Origin: Asaia bogorensis
GTDB taxonomy: Bacteria; Pseudomonadota; Alphaproteobacteria; CACIAM-22H2
Length of the DNA stretch: 64,000 nucleotides
NCBI GenBank assembly: GCA_945892765.1
Contig: CAMDDQ010000002.1
Span: 3,427-67,426, forward strand
Reading direction: 5' to 3'
Below are positions 56,621 through 64,000 of the stretch, in pieces (within the stretch, counting starts at the first letter, position 1; each line of letters begins with the position of its first letter). Position numbers and translations under genes: made by a program. The notes under the pieces are model-generated. The model was not told where the DNA came from and did not search any database. It saw only the letters and a list, made by a program, of their open reading frames with translations.

Positions 56621-57001
56621 TCATTCCGGCTTGTGACAGACGGCCTCGATGTGATGGCCGTCGGGATCGATAACAAAAGCGCCATAGTAGTCTGCATGGT
56701 AGCGTGGCCGGGGGCCGGGCTTGCCGTTGTCCTTGGCGCCCGCCGCGATCGCCGCCTTGTAGAAACGATCCACGGATTTGCGGTCGGCGGCCACAAAAGC
56801 AACGTGGAAACCGGGCATCACTTTGGGTTTTGCGCGCCCGGCCGCCTGGCCGGGCCAGAAACTCGGCTTGCCCTCGCGGCCGTAACCGACTGCGTGGGGA
56901 AAGGTGAGCGCGCGTTTGTAGCCCATCGGCTTCAGTACCTTGTCATAAAAGCCGCGGCTGCGCGTCAAGTTCGCGACCCCGACGGATAGGTGATCGATCA
57001 T
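56621..57001 (-). CDS. VOC family protein (glyoxalase/bleomycin-resistance/dioxygenase fold).
   Basis: '[23 protein letters not shown]...[10 protein letters not shown]...GHHIEAVC'. Confidence 0.6.
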   Translation of the reverse strand: MIDHLSVGVANLTRSRGFYDKVLKPMGYKRALTFPHAVGYGREGKPSFWPGQAAGRAKPKVMPGFHVAFVAADRKSVDRFYKAAIAAGAKDNGKPGPRPRYHADYYGAFVIDPDGHHIEAVCHKPE

Positions 57002-57016
57002 GGTTCGGTCCCCGGC

Positions 57017-58381
57017 CTAATGACGCCGCATGAGCGCGGCCATGCCTTGGCGCGCCAATCCCTTTTGGCCCATGCGGCCGACCTGTTTCACGATCCGGCT
57101 CATTTCCATGTACTGCTTGATCAACCGATTGACGTCTTCGACGGACGTGCCCGAGCCGCCGGCGATGCGACGCTTGCGCGACGCGTTGAGCAATTTGACG
57201 TTGCGGCGTTCACCCCGCGTCATCGATCCAATGATCGCCTCCTGGCGCCGCAGGACATGCTCATCGACTTTCGCACCGGCTAGCTTCCGTTTGATCTGAC
57301 CGATGCTCGGCAGCATGCCCATGACCCCAGACAACCCGCCCATGCGGCGGATTTGGCGCAGTTGGGACGCCATATCGTCGAGGTCAAAATCGCCTTTTTG
57401 CATTTTGCTGGCGATCTTCTCGGCCTCGTCGCGTTCGACCGTTTCGGCGGCGCGTTCGACCAAGCCAACGATGTCGCCCATGCCAAGGATTCGGGACGCG
57501 ATGCGGTCGGGTTGGAAAATCTCAAGCGCATCGGGTTTTTCGCCGGTGCCGATCAATTTGATCGGCCGACCGGTGACCGCGCGCATGGACAAGGCCGCGC
57601 CGCCGCGGGCATCGCCATCGACACGGGTCATGACGATGCCGGTAACACCGAGCTGTTCATTGAAGGCCCGCGCCAAATTGACCGCGTCCTGCCCGGTCAT
57701 GGCGTCGACGACCAAAAGCGTCTCGGTGGGCGAGGCGATCGCCCCGATGGCGCGTGCCTCCGCCATCAACTCATCGTCGATATGCAGGCGGCCGGCGGTG
57801 TCGAGCAGGAGTACATCGCAGCCCTCGCGGCGGGCGGCATCCAAGGCGCGGCGGGTGATTGCCTCGGGCTGCTCGCCGATGACGATCGGCAACGTAGCCA
57901 CGTCCACCTGGGTTCCCAGAACGGCGAGTTGCTCCTGCGCCGCCGGGCGCCTGGTGTCGAGCGAGGCCATCAAAACCTTTTTGCGCTCGCGGGTCTTGAG
58001 GCGCAGCGCGATCTTGGCGGTCGTCGTCGTCTTGCCCGAACCTTGAAGTCCGACCATGAGGACGACCACGGGAGCGGCCGCGCGCAGATTGATGCCGGCT
58101 TCATCGACCGGCTGACCGCCGCCCAATAGCTCGACCAGCTGATCGTGGACGATCTTCACCACCATCTGGCCGGGCGTAACGCTCCGGATCACGTCCTGGC
58201 CGATAGCGGCGCCGCGAACACGCCCGGTGAAGTCCTTGACCACGGACAGGGCGACGTCGGCTTCAAGCAGGGCAACGCGCACTTCGCGCAGCGCGGCGTC
58301 GACATCGGCCTCCGACAACGCCCCGCGCTTGCGCAAGCGTTCGAAGACTTCACCGAGTTTTCCCGTCAAGGATTCAAACAT
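57017..58381 (-). CDS. ffh: Signal recognition particle protein Ffh.
   Basis: 'MFESLTGKLGEVFERLRKRG...VGLQGSGKTTTTAKIA...DTAGRLHID' and a C-terminal M-domain. Confidence 0.9.
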   Translation of the reverse strand: MFESLTGKLGEVFERLRKRGALSEADVDAALREVRVALLEADVALSVVKDFTGRVRGAAIGQDVIRSVTPGQMVVKIVHDQLVELLGGGQPVDEAGINLRAAAPVVVLMVGLQGSGKTTTTAKIALRLKTRERKKVLMASLDTRRPAAQEQLAVLGTQVDVATLPIVIGEQPEAITRRALDAARREGCDVLLLDTAGRLHIDDELMAEARAIGAIASPTETLLVVDAMTGQDAVNLARAFNEQLGVTGIVMTRVDGDARGGAALSMRAVTGRPIKLIGTGEKPDALEIFQPDRIASRILGMGDIVGLVERAAETVERDEAEKIASKMQKGDFDLDDMASQLRQIRRMGGLSGVMGMLPSIGQIKRKLAGAKVDEHVLRRQEAIIGSMTRGERRNVKLLNASRKRRIAGGSGTSVEDVNRLIKQYMEMSRIVKQVGRMGQKGLARQGMAALMRRH

Positions 58382-58569
58382 CGCCGCGGCGCCGCCTTGC
58401 CAAAAACAACAACACGCCGGTGCGCGAAACTCGCGGACCGGCGGACCCTCAAGGGGTTCGAATCGCCACAAACTGCGTGGACGGGCGAAATCTAGAAGTC
58501 GCGCCCTGCTTCGTCAAGCATCCCCAGATCCGTTCGGCCGGGAGCGTTGCGGTTGCGCCGGCGCGCGAC

Positions 58570-59352
58570 TCATTCAGCCGAGGTGTACGGCCAACCCCAT
58601 TTGGCGAAGATAGACGACCCTTGCTGGCTCGCCAGGAAGGCGACGAAGGAATGCGCCAAGGTCTTGGATTCACCCAGATCGGTGAACATGACACTTGTCG
58701 GGCGGTACAGCGATTCCGGCAGGCCGCCCGAAATTTCGGCGAATTCGCTCTCCTCGACCTTTCCGGCGCCCCAATTCAGCCAGACATCGATCGTGGTGTT
58801 CATCGCCCAAAACTGTTCGGCTTCCTTGCGGTCCCTGGCGACGGCGACAACATTGTCGAGGAGTGCGCTTAACAGAACTGCATCCGCCGCATCGGCCGGC
58901 GTGGATGCCTGCAACCAATCATGGGTGCCCGATACAACCATGATGTTCGTGCCGGGTCGCGCCAGATCGCGCACCGTGGAAATGTTTTCCGGGTTGCCCG
59001 GCCTGACGACAACGGAGGGCGGCCGCGAGAAGAGCGGTATCGCGGGCCGCGGCGCCAACCCGACGGGCAAGCCGGCCGCGATTTCAGTCAACGCCGTCTC
59101 CCCGTCGTCGAAAAGAAGATCCGCGCCCGCCGCGGCTTGGAGGGCTCCGTTCGCTGAGGCGATCGAGATCTCGATGCGCCCATCCTGCTTCTTGGCGAAG
59201 GCCTCGGCGGCTTCGACGAAGGCAGGAGCCGCGCCGGCCGCGCCAAGAACCTTCACGACCAAGGGCGCACCGGAGACCTGCGGCCCCGAGAGGCAAGTGG
59301 CACCGACGAACCCGATGAGTCCAAGCGCGGCAGCGGCGATACGTACGTACAT
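58570..59352 (-). CDS. Periplasmic substrate-binding protein (ModA / PBP-like, type 2) with a signal peptide. It is an orphan: no permease or ATPase gene is adjacent.
   Basis: N-terminal 'MYVRIAAAALGLIGFVGATCLSG' signal peptide. About 260 aa with a layout similar to ModA-type binding proteins. Confidence 0.45.
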   Translation of the reverse strand: MYVRIAAAALGLIGFVGATCLSGPQVSGAPLVVKVLGAAGAAPAFVEAAEAFAKKQDGRIEISIASANGALQAAAGADLLFDDGETALTEIAAGLPVGLAPRPAIPLFSRPPSVVVRPGNPENISTVRDLARPGTNIMVVSGTHDWLQASTPADAADAVLLSALLDNVVAVARDRKEAEQFWAMNTTIDVWLNWGAGKVEESEFAEISGGLPESLYRPTSVMFTDLGESKTLAHSFVAFLASQQGSSIFAKWGWPYTSAE

Positions 59353-59536
59353 GGGCTCACCTTATTTTGTATGTCGACCGGCCAGCGAAACGACTGTGTC
59401 CCTTATATGTACGTTGCCCCCGCCGATTTCCTCTGGTGGTCACGGGGAAGTGAGCCAACGTGACAGGCATTTGGCGGCCTCGCGGCGAAGGGCGAATCCT
59501 ATGGACTTGCGGACTTCGGCCGCCCTATAAGCCGAA

Positions 59537-60373
59537 ATGACGAGCGGACGGGCTTTTCTCAAGATGCATGGGCTCGGCAACGATTTTGTCGTCGTTGACG
59601 CTCGCGGCGAGCCATTTGTTGCGGATGAACGCGTGGCGCGACACATCGCCGATCGCCATATCGGAATTGGCTGCGATCAGCTTATCGTCATCGAAAAACC
59701 TCGAAATGGGCAGGCCGACGCGTTCATGCGGATTCGCAACGCCGATGGCGGCGAGGTTGCCGCATGCGGCAACGCCACGCGCTGCGTTGCCCAGCTCTTG
59801 ATGGCCGAATCGGGTCGAGACCATGCCTACATCGAGACCGTGGCCGGACGGCTCGAGGCCGCGCGCGCCGATCGTGGACGGATCGCGGTGGATATGGGTC
59901 CGGCGCGAACCGACTGGCGCGACATTCCGCTGGCGCGCGCCATGGACACACAAAGGCTGCCAATTTCGCTCGGTCCCCTGAAAGACCCGGTCGCGGTGAG
60001 CATGGGGAACCCACATATGGTTTTCTTCGTGGACGACGCAGACGCGGTGGACCTCGCGACGCTGGGGCCGGTGTTGGAGACCAACGCGCTGTTTCCCGAA
60101 CGGGCCAATGTCGGCGTGGCCACCGTTCTAGCCCCCGACCGGGTTCGTCTGCGCGTGTGGGAACGAGGCGCCGGCCTCACGCGGGCCTGCGGCAGCGGCG
60201 CCTGCGCCGCGATTGTCGCCGCCCATCGGCGCGGTCTTTCGGAACGCCGCGCCGTGGTCGCCGTGGATGGCGGTGAACTGTCGATCGAGTGGTTGCCCAA
60301 CGGACACGTCACGATGATCGGACCGGCGGCCATCGCCTTCACCGGAATCATGGACGGGACGTTGCTGTCATGA
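59537..60373 (+). CDS. dapF: Diaminopimelate epimerase.
   Basis: 'FLKMHGLGNDFVVVD...IIEKPRNGQADAFMRIRNADGGEVAACGNATRC...ACGSGACAA'. Confidence 0.9.
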   Translation: MTSGRAFLKMHGLGNDFVVVDARGEPFVADERVARHIADRHIGIGCDQLIVIEKPRNGQADAFMRIRNADGGEVAACGNATRCVAQLLMAESGRDHAYIETVAGRLEAARADRGRIAVDMGPARTDWRDIPLARAMDTQRLPISLGPLKDPVAVSMGNPHMVFFVDDADAVDLATLGPVLETNALFPERANVGVATVLAPDRVRLRVWERGAGLTRACGSGACAAIVAAHRRGLSERRAVVAVDGGELSIEWLPNGHVTMIGPAAIAFTGIMDGTLLS

Positions 60374-61608
60374 GCGGTCCCGAGATCGTCACTTTCGGCT
60401 GTCGGCTCAACGCTTATGAATCAGAAGCCATACGCGCGGCGACCGCCGGGCGCGACGACCTCGTCATCGTCAATACCTGCGCCGTCACGGCGGAGGCCGA
60501 GCGGCAAGCACGGCAGGCGATTCGCCGCCTGCGGCGCGAACGACCGAACGCCTGTATCGTCGTCACCGGCTGCGCCGCCCAGATCAATCCAGGCGCCTTC
60601 GCAGCGATGCCCGAAGTCGACCGTGTCCTTGGCAATAGCGAGAAATTCCGACCGGAGCGCTATGCGGACACCGAGGCTCGCGTGACCGTCGGCGACATCA
60701 TGGCGGTTCGAGAGACGGCCGGGCATCTTGCCGCTGGTTTTCGTGAACGCGTCCGCGCCTTCGTTCAAGTGCAGAACGGCTGCGACCATCGATGCACCTT
60801 CTGCATCATTCCTTACGGACGTGGTCCCAGCCGCAGCGTGCCGACTTCGCGCATAGAAGAAGAACTGAAGGCGCTGGTCGCGGCCGGTTATCGCGAGATC
60901 GTTCTCACCGGCGTCGATCTTACCTCCTATGGCGGCGATCTGCCGGAGCGCCCGCAACTTGGCGGCATGATTCGCGGCTTGCTCGATGCGGTTCCGGGGC
61001 TGGCTCGTCTGCGGCTCTCCTCGGTCGATCCCGCCGAAGTAGATGACGATCTGTTTCGTCTGTTCGCCGAAGAAGGCCGGCTGATGCCCCATCTCCATCT
61101 CAGCCTTCAATCCGGCGACGATCTCATCCTCAAGCGCATGAAACGCCGGCACAGCCGCGCCGATGTCGTTCGGTTGTGCGAGCGCCTACGCGAGGTGCGT
61201 CCCGATATCGCCTTCGGCGCCGATCTCATCGCTGGCTTTCCGACCGAAACCGAGGAGATGGCGGCGGGGACGCGATCGTTGCTCGACGAATGCGGCATCG
61301 CCTTCCTGCATGTCTTTCCCTTTTCGCCGCGAGTGGGAACGCCGGCCGCGCGGATGCCGCAGCTTCCCGTGGCGCTGCGGCGCGAACGTGCCGCCCAATT
61401 GCGGGAGCAGGGCGTCGTGTTGAGACGGCGATTTCTCGCCGGCCTCGTTGGCGCAACCGCCGATGTGCTGGTCGAGGATGGGTCGTTCGGGCGCACCGAA
61501 CATTTTGCGCCGGTCCGCGTCGATCGCGAGTCGCACCTCGGCGCCTTGGTTAAGGCTCGCCTAGAGGCCGTCGAAGGCGAAGAGCTGCGCGCCCGCGTCT
61601 TGGCGTGA
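60370..61608 (+). CDS. mtaB: tRNA t6A37 methylthiotransferase (MiaB-like MtaB), radical SAM.
   Basis: 'IVTFGCRLNAYESE...VNTCAVT...VQNGCDHRCTFCIIP'. ATGA overlap with the dapF stop. Confidence 0.8.
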   Translation: MSGPEIVTFGCRLNAYESEAIRAATAGRDDLVIVNTCAVTAEAERQARQAIRRLRRERPNACIVVTGCAAQINPGAFAAMPEVDRVLGNSEKFRPERYADTEARVTVGDIMAVRETAGHLAAGFRERVRAFVQVQNGCDHRCTFCIIPYGRGPSRSVPTSRIEEELKALVAAGYREIVLTGVDLTSYGGDLPERPQLGGMIRGLLDAVPGLARLRLSSVDPAEVDDDLFRLFAEEGRLMPHLHLSLQSGDDLILKRMKRRHSRADVVRLCERLREVRPDIAFGADLIAGFPTETEEMAAGTRSLLDECGIAFLHVFPFSPRVGTPAARMPQLPVALRRERAAQLREQGVVLRRRFLAGLVGATADVLVEDGSFGRTEHFAPVRVDRESHLGALVKARLEAVEGEELRARVLA

Positions 61609-61615
61609 TCTCGGC

Positions 61616-62572
61616 ATGACCGAAACGACCGCCGAGGGCCGCGGCTGGTTGGGCCGGCTCAAAACCGGGTTGAGCCGCTCGTCCTCGCGTTTGGTCGAAG
61701 GCATCGCCTCCGCGCTCACCAGTGGCAAACTCGATGAGGCCACTCTCGAGCGGTTGGAGGAGTTGCTCGTCGGCGCCGATCTGGGTCCGCGCACGGCGGC
61801 GGCGCTGGTTGCCGCCTTGAAGGCGCGCAGGTTCGACCGCGGTGTTACGGCCGACGACGTTCGCGCCGCACTGGCCGGCGAAATCGCAACCCGTCTTGCG
61901 CCCGCGGCCCGTCCCCTTGTTCTCGACCCCGCGCGCCGGCCCTTCGTCGTGCTCGTCGTCGGCGCCAATGGCGGCGGCAAGACCACGACCGTCGGCAAAC
62001 TCGCCAGCCTGTTCGGCGCCGATGGCAAGCAAGTCGTCCTGGCAGCCGGCGACACTTTCCGCGCTGCCGCCGTCAGCCAGTTGCGGCTGTGGGGCGATCG
62101 TGTCGGCTGTCCGGTGATCGTTGGCCCCGAAGGCGGCGATCCCGCGTCCCTTGCTTATGACGCTCTCGAAGAAGCGCGTCGCCGTGACGCCGACCTCCTC
62201 CTCATCGACACCGCCGGGCGTCTTCACAACAAGGCCGGCCTCATGGCCGAATTGCAAAAGATCGTACGCGCTCTGCGCAAGGCCGACCCAACCGCGCCGC
62301 ATGAATGTCTGCTGATCCTCGACGCAACCATCGGCCAAAATGCCTTGGCTCAAGTCGAGACATTTCGCACCATGGTCGATGTCAGCGGACTCGTTTTGAC
62401 GAAGCTCGATGGCTCCGCGCGCGGCGGCATCTTGGTCGCGTTGGCCGAAAAATTTTCGCTTCCCGTGCGTGCCATCGGCGTCGGCGAAGGCGCGAAAGAT
62501 TTTCGGCAGTTCGATGCGGTGGAATTTGCAGGGGGGCTGTTGTCGGAACCGCTGCAACCGCAAGATGTATGA
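61616..62572 (+). CDS. ftsY: Signal recognition particle receptor FtsY (short form, NG domain only).
   Basis: 'VVGANGGGKTTTVGKLA...DTAGRLHNKAGLMAEL...VLTKLDGSARGG'. Confidence 0.9.
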   Translation: MTETTAEGRGWLGRLKTGLSRSSSRLVEGIASALTSGKLDEATLERLEELLVGADLGPRTAAALVAALKARRFDRGVTADDVRAALAGEIATRLAPAARPLVLDPARRPFVVLVVGANGGGKTTTVGKLASLFGADGKQVVLAAGDTFRAAAVSQLRLWGDRVGCPVIVGPEGGDPASLAYDALEEARRRDADLLLIDTAGRLHNKAGLMAELQKIVRALRKADPTAPHECLLILDATIGQNALAQVETFRTMVDVSGLVLTKLDGSARGGILVALAEKFSLPVRAIGVGEGAKDFRQFDAVEFAGGLLSEPLQPQDV

Positions 62573-62914
62573 CGATCTCTCCGCTATCGCTCAGTTTGTG
62601 CAGTTACCAGCGTTGTTGTGTGGAAGTGTCATACCACGGCGTGTGCTAACAAATTTCACGTACGCAACCATTGGGGGCATACGCAATATTTGGATGATTT
62701 GCAAACTCGACCCACAGGATATTGAATTTTCTTGACAGGGGGTTGAATTGCCATGATCTTCTGCCGCTTAGGACCGGTTGCGCGTTGTGTGCAGTGGTCG
62801 AGGGGTGGCCCGATCATCATGCGATGATCAAGTCCGCGAAAAAGCTCCGCGGTACCGACAGCCACCACCCTCGGCCGACCCGGTCCTTAGTGTGACCAAT
62901 AGGAGGTCAATGAC

Positions 62915-63004
62915 ATGCCAGTGAAGAAGGCTGCTGCAAAGAAACCGGCGAAGAAGACCGTGGCGAAGAAGCCCGCCGCAAAAAAGACTGCAAAAAAGAA
63001 GTAG
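62915..63004 (+). CDS. Candidate 29-aa Lys/Ala-rich polycationic micro-protein (histone-H1-tail-like).
   Basis: ATG at 62915 is preceded by a perfect AGGAGG (62901-62906) at 8 nt spacing. It encodes MPVKKAAAKKPAKKTVAKKPAAKKTAKKK. A 10-bp stem hairpin (63011-63047) follows. It is below the ORF-track length cut-off. Confidence 0.4.
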   Translation: MPVKKAAAKKPAKKTVAKKPAAKKTAKKK

Positions 63005-63010
63005 TTGGTT

Positions 63011-63047
63011 GGAGTCTTCATCGGCCTAGCGGCCGTTTGAAGACTCC
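63011..63047 (+). terminator. Stem-loop (GGAGTCTTCA...TGAAGACTCC) downstream of the micro-ORF. No T-tract follows.
   Basis: 10-bp perfect inverted repeat with a 17-nt loop that contains a ggcc/ggcc mini-palindrome. Confidence 0.35.
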
Positions 63048-63478
63048 ATCGCGTCCGGGCGCGGTTTGCCCCCGGCCTGCTTCAGTCGGCGGCCCTCTGG
63101 GTCGCCGACTTCCTTTTTTGGGCAACAACGTTTTAGCGTTGCCCGAGCCGTCCATCCCTCAGATTCAGACGAGAATGTTCAGCAGGCTCCCGCGCGGGAC
63201 CGTAGGCAGATGGGAAATCGCGACCGGTTTATTGGCCCCCGGTTGGGGCTGGGCGGCGACCGCTAGACGAGCATTGGTCGCCGTCAGCGGTTGCGTTCGC
63301 GCGGCAGCCGTCGTGGGTGGTTGCGGTTTGACCGGCGCCGGGCGCGGCGCCCCGCCATTGGCGGGGGCGACGTGTCGCGAAAGTGCTTCCAAGACGGAAA
63401 AGCTGGGTGGGATTTGCATCCGGGCGCTCGCGTGTCATTGCCGTCGCCCTGTTGTATGCGCCCGTGACTAACGATCGG

Positions 63479-64000
63479 TTAACGGCGGTATTGAATGCGC
63501 CAGACGACATTGCCGACATCGTCGGCGGCGAGCAGGCTGCCATCGTCGGCGATCGCGAGGCCAACCGGGCGGCCCCAAACCCGAGCACGGCCGGGGCCCT
63601 GTGTGGCAAAGCCGGTGGCGAAAGCCTCGTAGTGGCCGGAGGGGCGTCCATTCGTGAAGGGCACGCGAACAATCATGTAGCCGGTCGTCTGGCTTGCATT
63701 CCAGGAACCGTGAAAGGCAACGAACGCGTCGCCGCGATAATCGTCGGGGAACTGCGTCCCAGCGTAAAACGCTAGGCCCAGCGGGGCCGAGTGGCTCTGG
63801 AACAGCACATCGGGAACCAGGCTGCGTGCAACGAGATCCGGGCGTCTTTCGGCAAGTCGAGGCTGCGGATTGCGTCCGATATAGGCATAAGGCCACCCGT
63901 AGAAGCCGCCATTCTCAATCCGCGTGAGATAGTCCGGAACCAAACCGTCGCCCAGACCGTCACGTTCATTGACGACGACGTAGAGGTCGGCGGACCCCGG
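63479..64000 (-). CDS. PQQ-dependent sugar dehydrogenase (soluble aldose / sorbosone dehydrogenase, β-propeller). C-terminal part; the gene continues beyond the window end.
   Basis: 'GFYGWPYAYIG...GRPVGLAIADDGSLLAADDVGNVVWRIQY' C-terminal blades of the SGDH family. The minus-strand frame is open to the window edge. Confidence 0.55.
   Translation of the reverse strand, partial: PGSADLYVVVNERDGLGDGLVPDYLTRIENGGFYGWPYAYIGRNPQPRLAERRPDLVARSLVPDVLFQSHSAPLGLAFYAGTQFPDDYRGDAFVAFHGSWNASQTTGYMIVRVPFTNGRPSGHYEAFATGFATQGPGRARVWGRPVGLAIADDGSLLAADDVGNVVWRIQYRR

Noticed and set aside
58451-58466. 'gggttcgaatcgcc', resembling a tRNA T-arm (GGTTCGAATCC)
   Set aside because: The flanking sequence cannot form a T-stem, acceptor stem or anticodon arm on either strand. 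It is a chance match in the ffh upstream region.
63165-63419. 84-aa Pro/Ala-rich minus-strand ORF (MQIPPSFSVLEALSRHVAPANGGAPRPAPVKPQPPTT...)
   Set aside because: It has no signal peptide, domain or convincing ribosome-binding site. It overlaps two other equally low-complexity ORFs. It is kept only as part of the unexplained-gap finding.

Overview
This is a high-GC (about 65%) window, probably alphaproteobacterial, with two parts. Coordinates roughly 1-46,900 hold a single, almost gap-free locus of about 45 co-directional minus-strand genes for building a complex surface glycan. The locus runs past the window start. Coordinates 46,994-64,000 hold conserved housekeeping genes: heparinase II/III-like, rpe, asd, leuB/D/C, rplS, trmD, rimM, rpsP, ffh, dapF, mtaB and ftsY. 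A partial PQQ-type sugar dehydrogenase gene lies at the far end.

The glycan locus contains:
- four paralogous NeuB-family nonulosonic-acid synthases, each with a C-terminal SAF domain;
- three CMP-sugar cytidylyltransferases, one fused to a GT2 domain;
- two PseB/CapD-type 4,6-dehydratases, plus a WbpM-like one at the window edge;
- an RmlD-like reductase and three extended-SDR epimerases;
- a bona fide UDP-sulfoquinovose-synthase (SQD1/SqdB) homolog;
- a radical-SAM/SPASM enzyme;
- a WbuX/HisH/HisF-type amidotransferase trio;
- three AsnB-family amidotransferases, one lacking the Cys nucleophile;
- a NodU/CmcH carbamoyltransferase;
- a sugar N-formyltransferase and a CE4 deacetylase;
- three SAM methyltransferases;
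- about seven GT1/GT2 glycosyltransferases;
- three TagF/KpsS-like GT-B proteins carrying K/R-P-H-P motifs, putative CMP-sugar transferases;
- a fused ABC exporter;
- an O-antigen-ligase/Wzy-like protein;
- a WecA/WbpL initiating transferase followed by WbpM/CapD.

The locus is headed by a winged-helix regulator and an RfaH/NusG-like antiterminator. No DegT-type aminotransferase or hexapeptide acetyltransferase was recognised. I interpret it as a multi-nonulosonic-acid polymer system, possibly containing sulfo-sugar, that is not explained by the canonical Pse/Leg/Neu pathways.

Other observations:
- pervasive ATGA/GTGA translational coupling;
- tandem GTTCA-N5-TGAAC operators in the locus promoter;
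- a strong intrinsic terminator inside the locus;
- a 29-aa Lys/Ala-rich micro-ORF with a perfect Shine-Dalgarno sequence near the 3' end of the window.

No CRISPR array, IS element, rRNA or tRNA was recognised.
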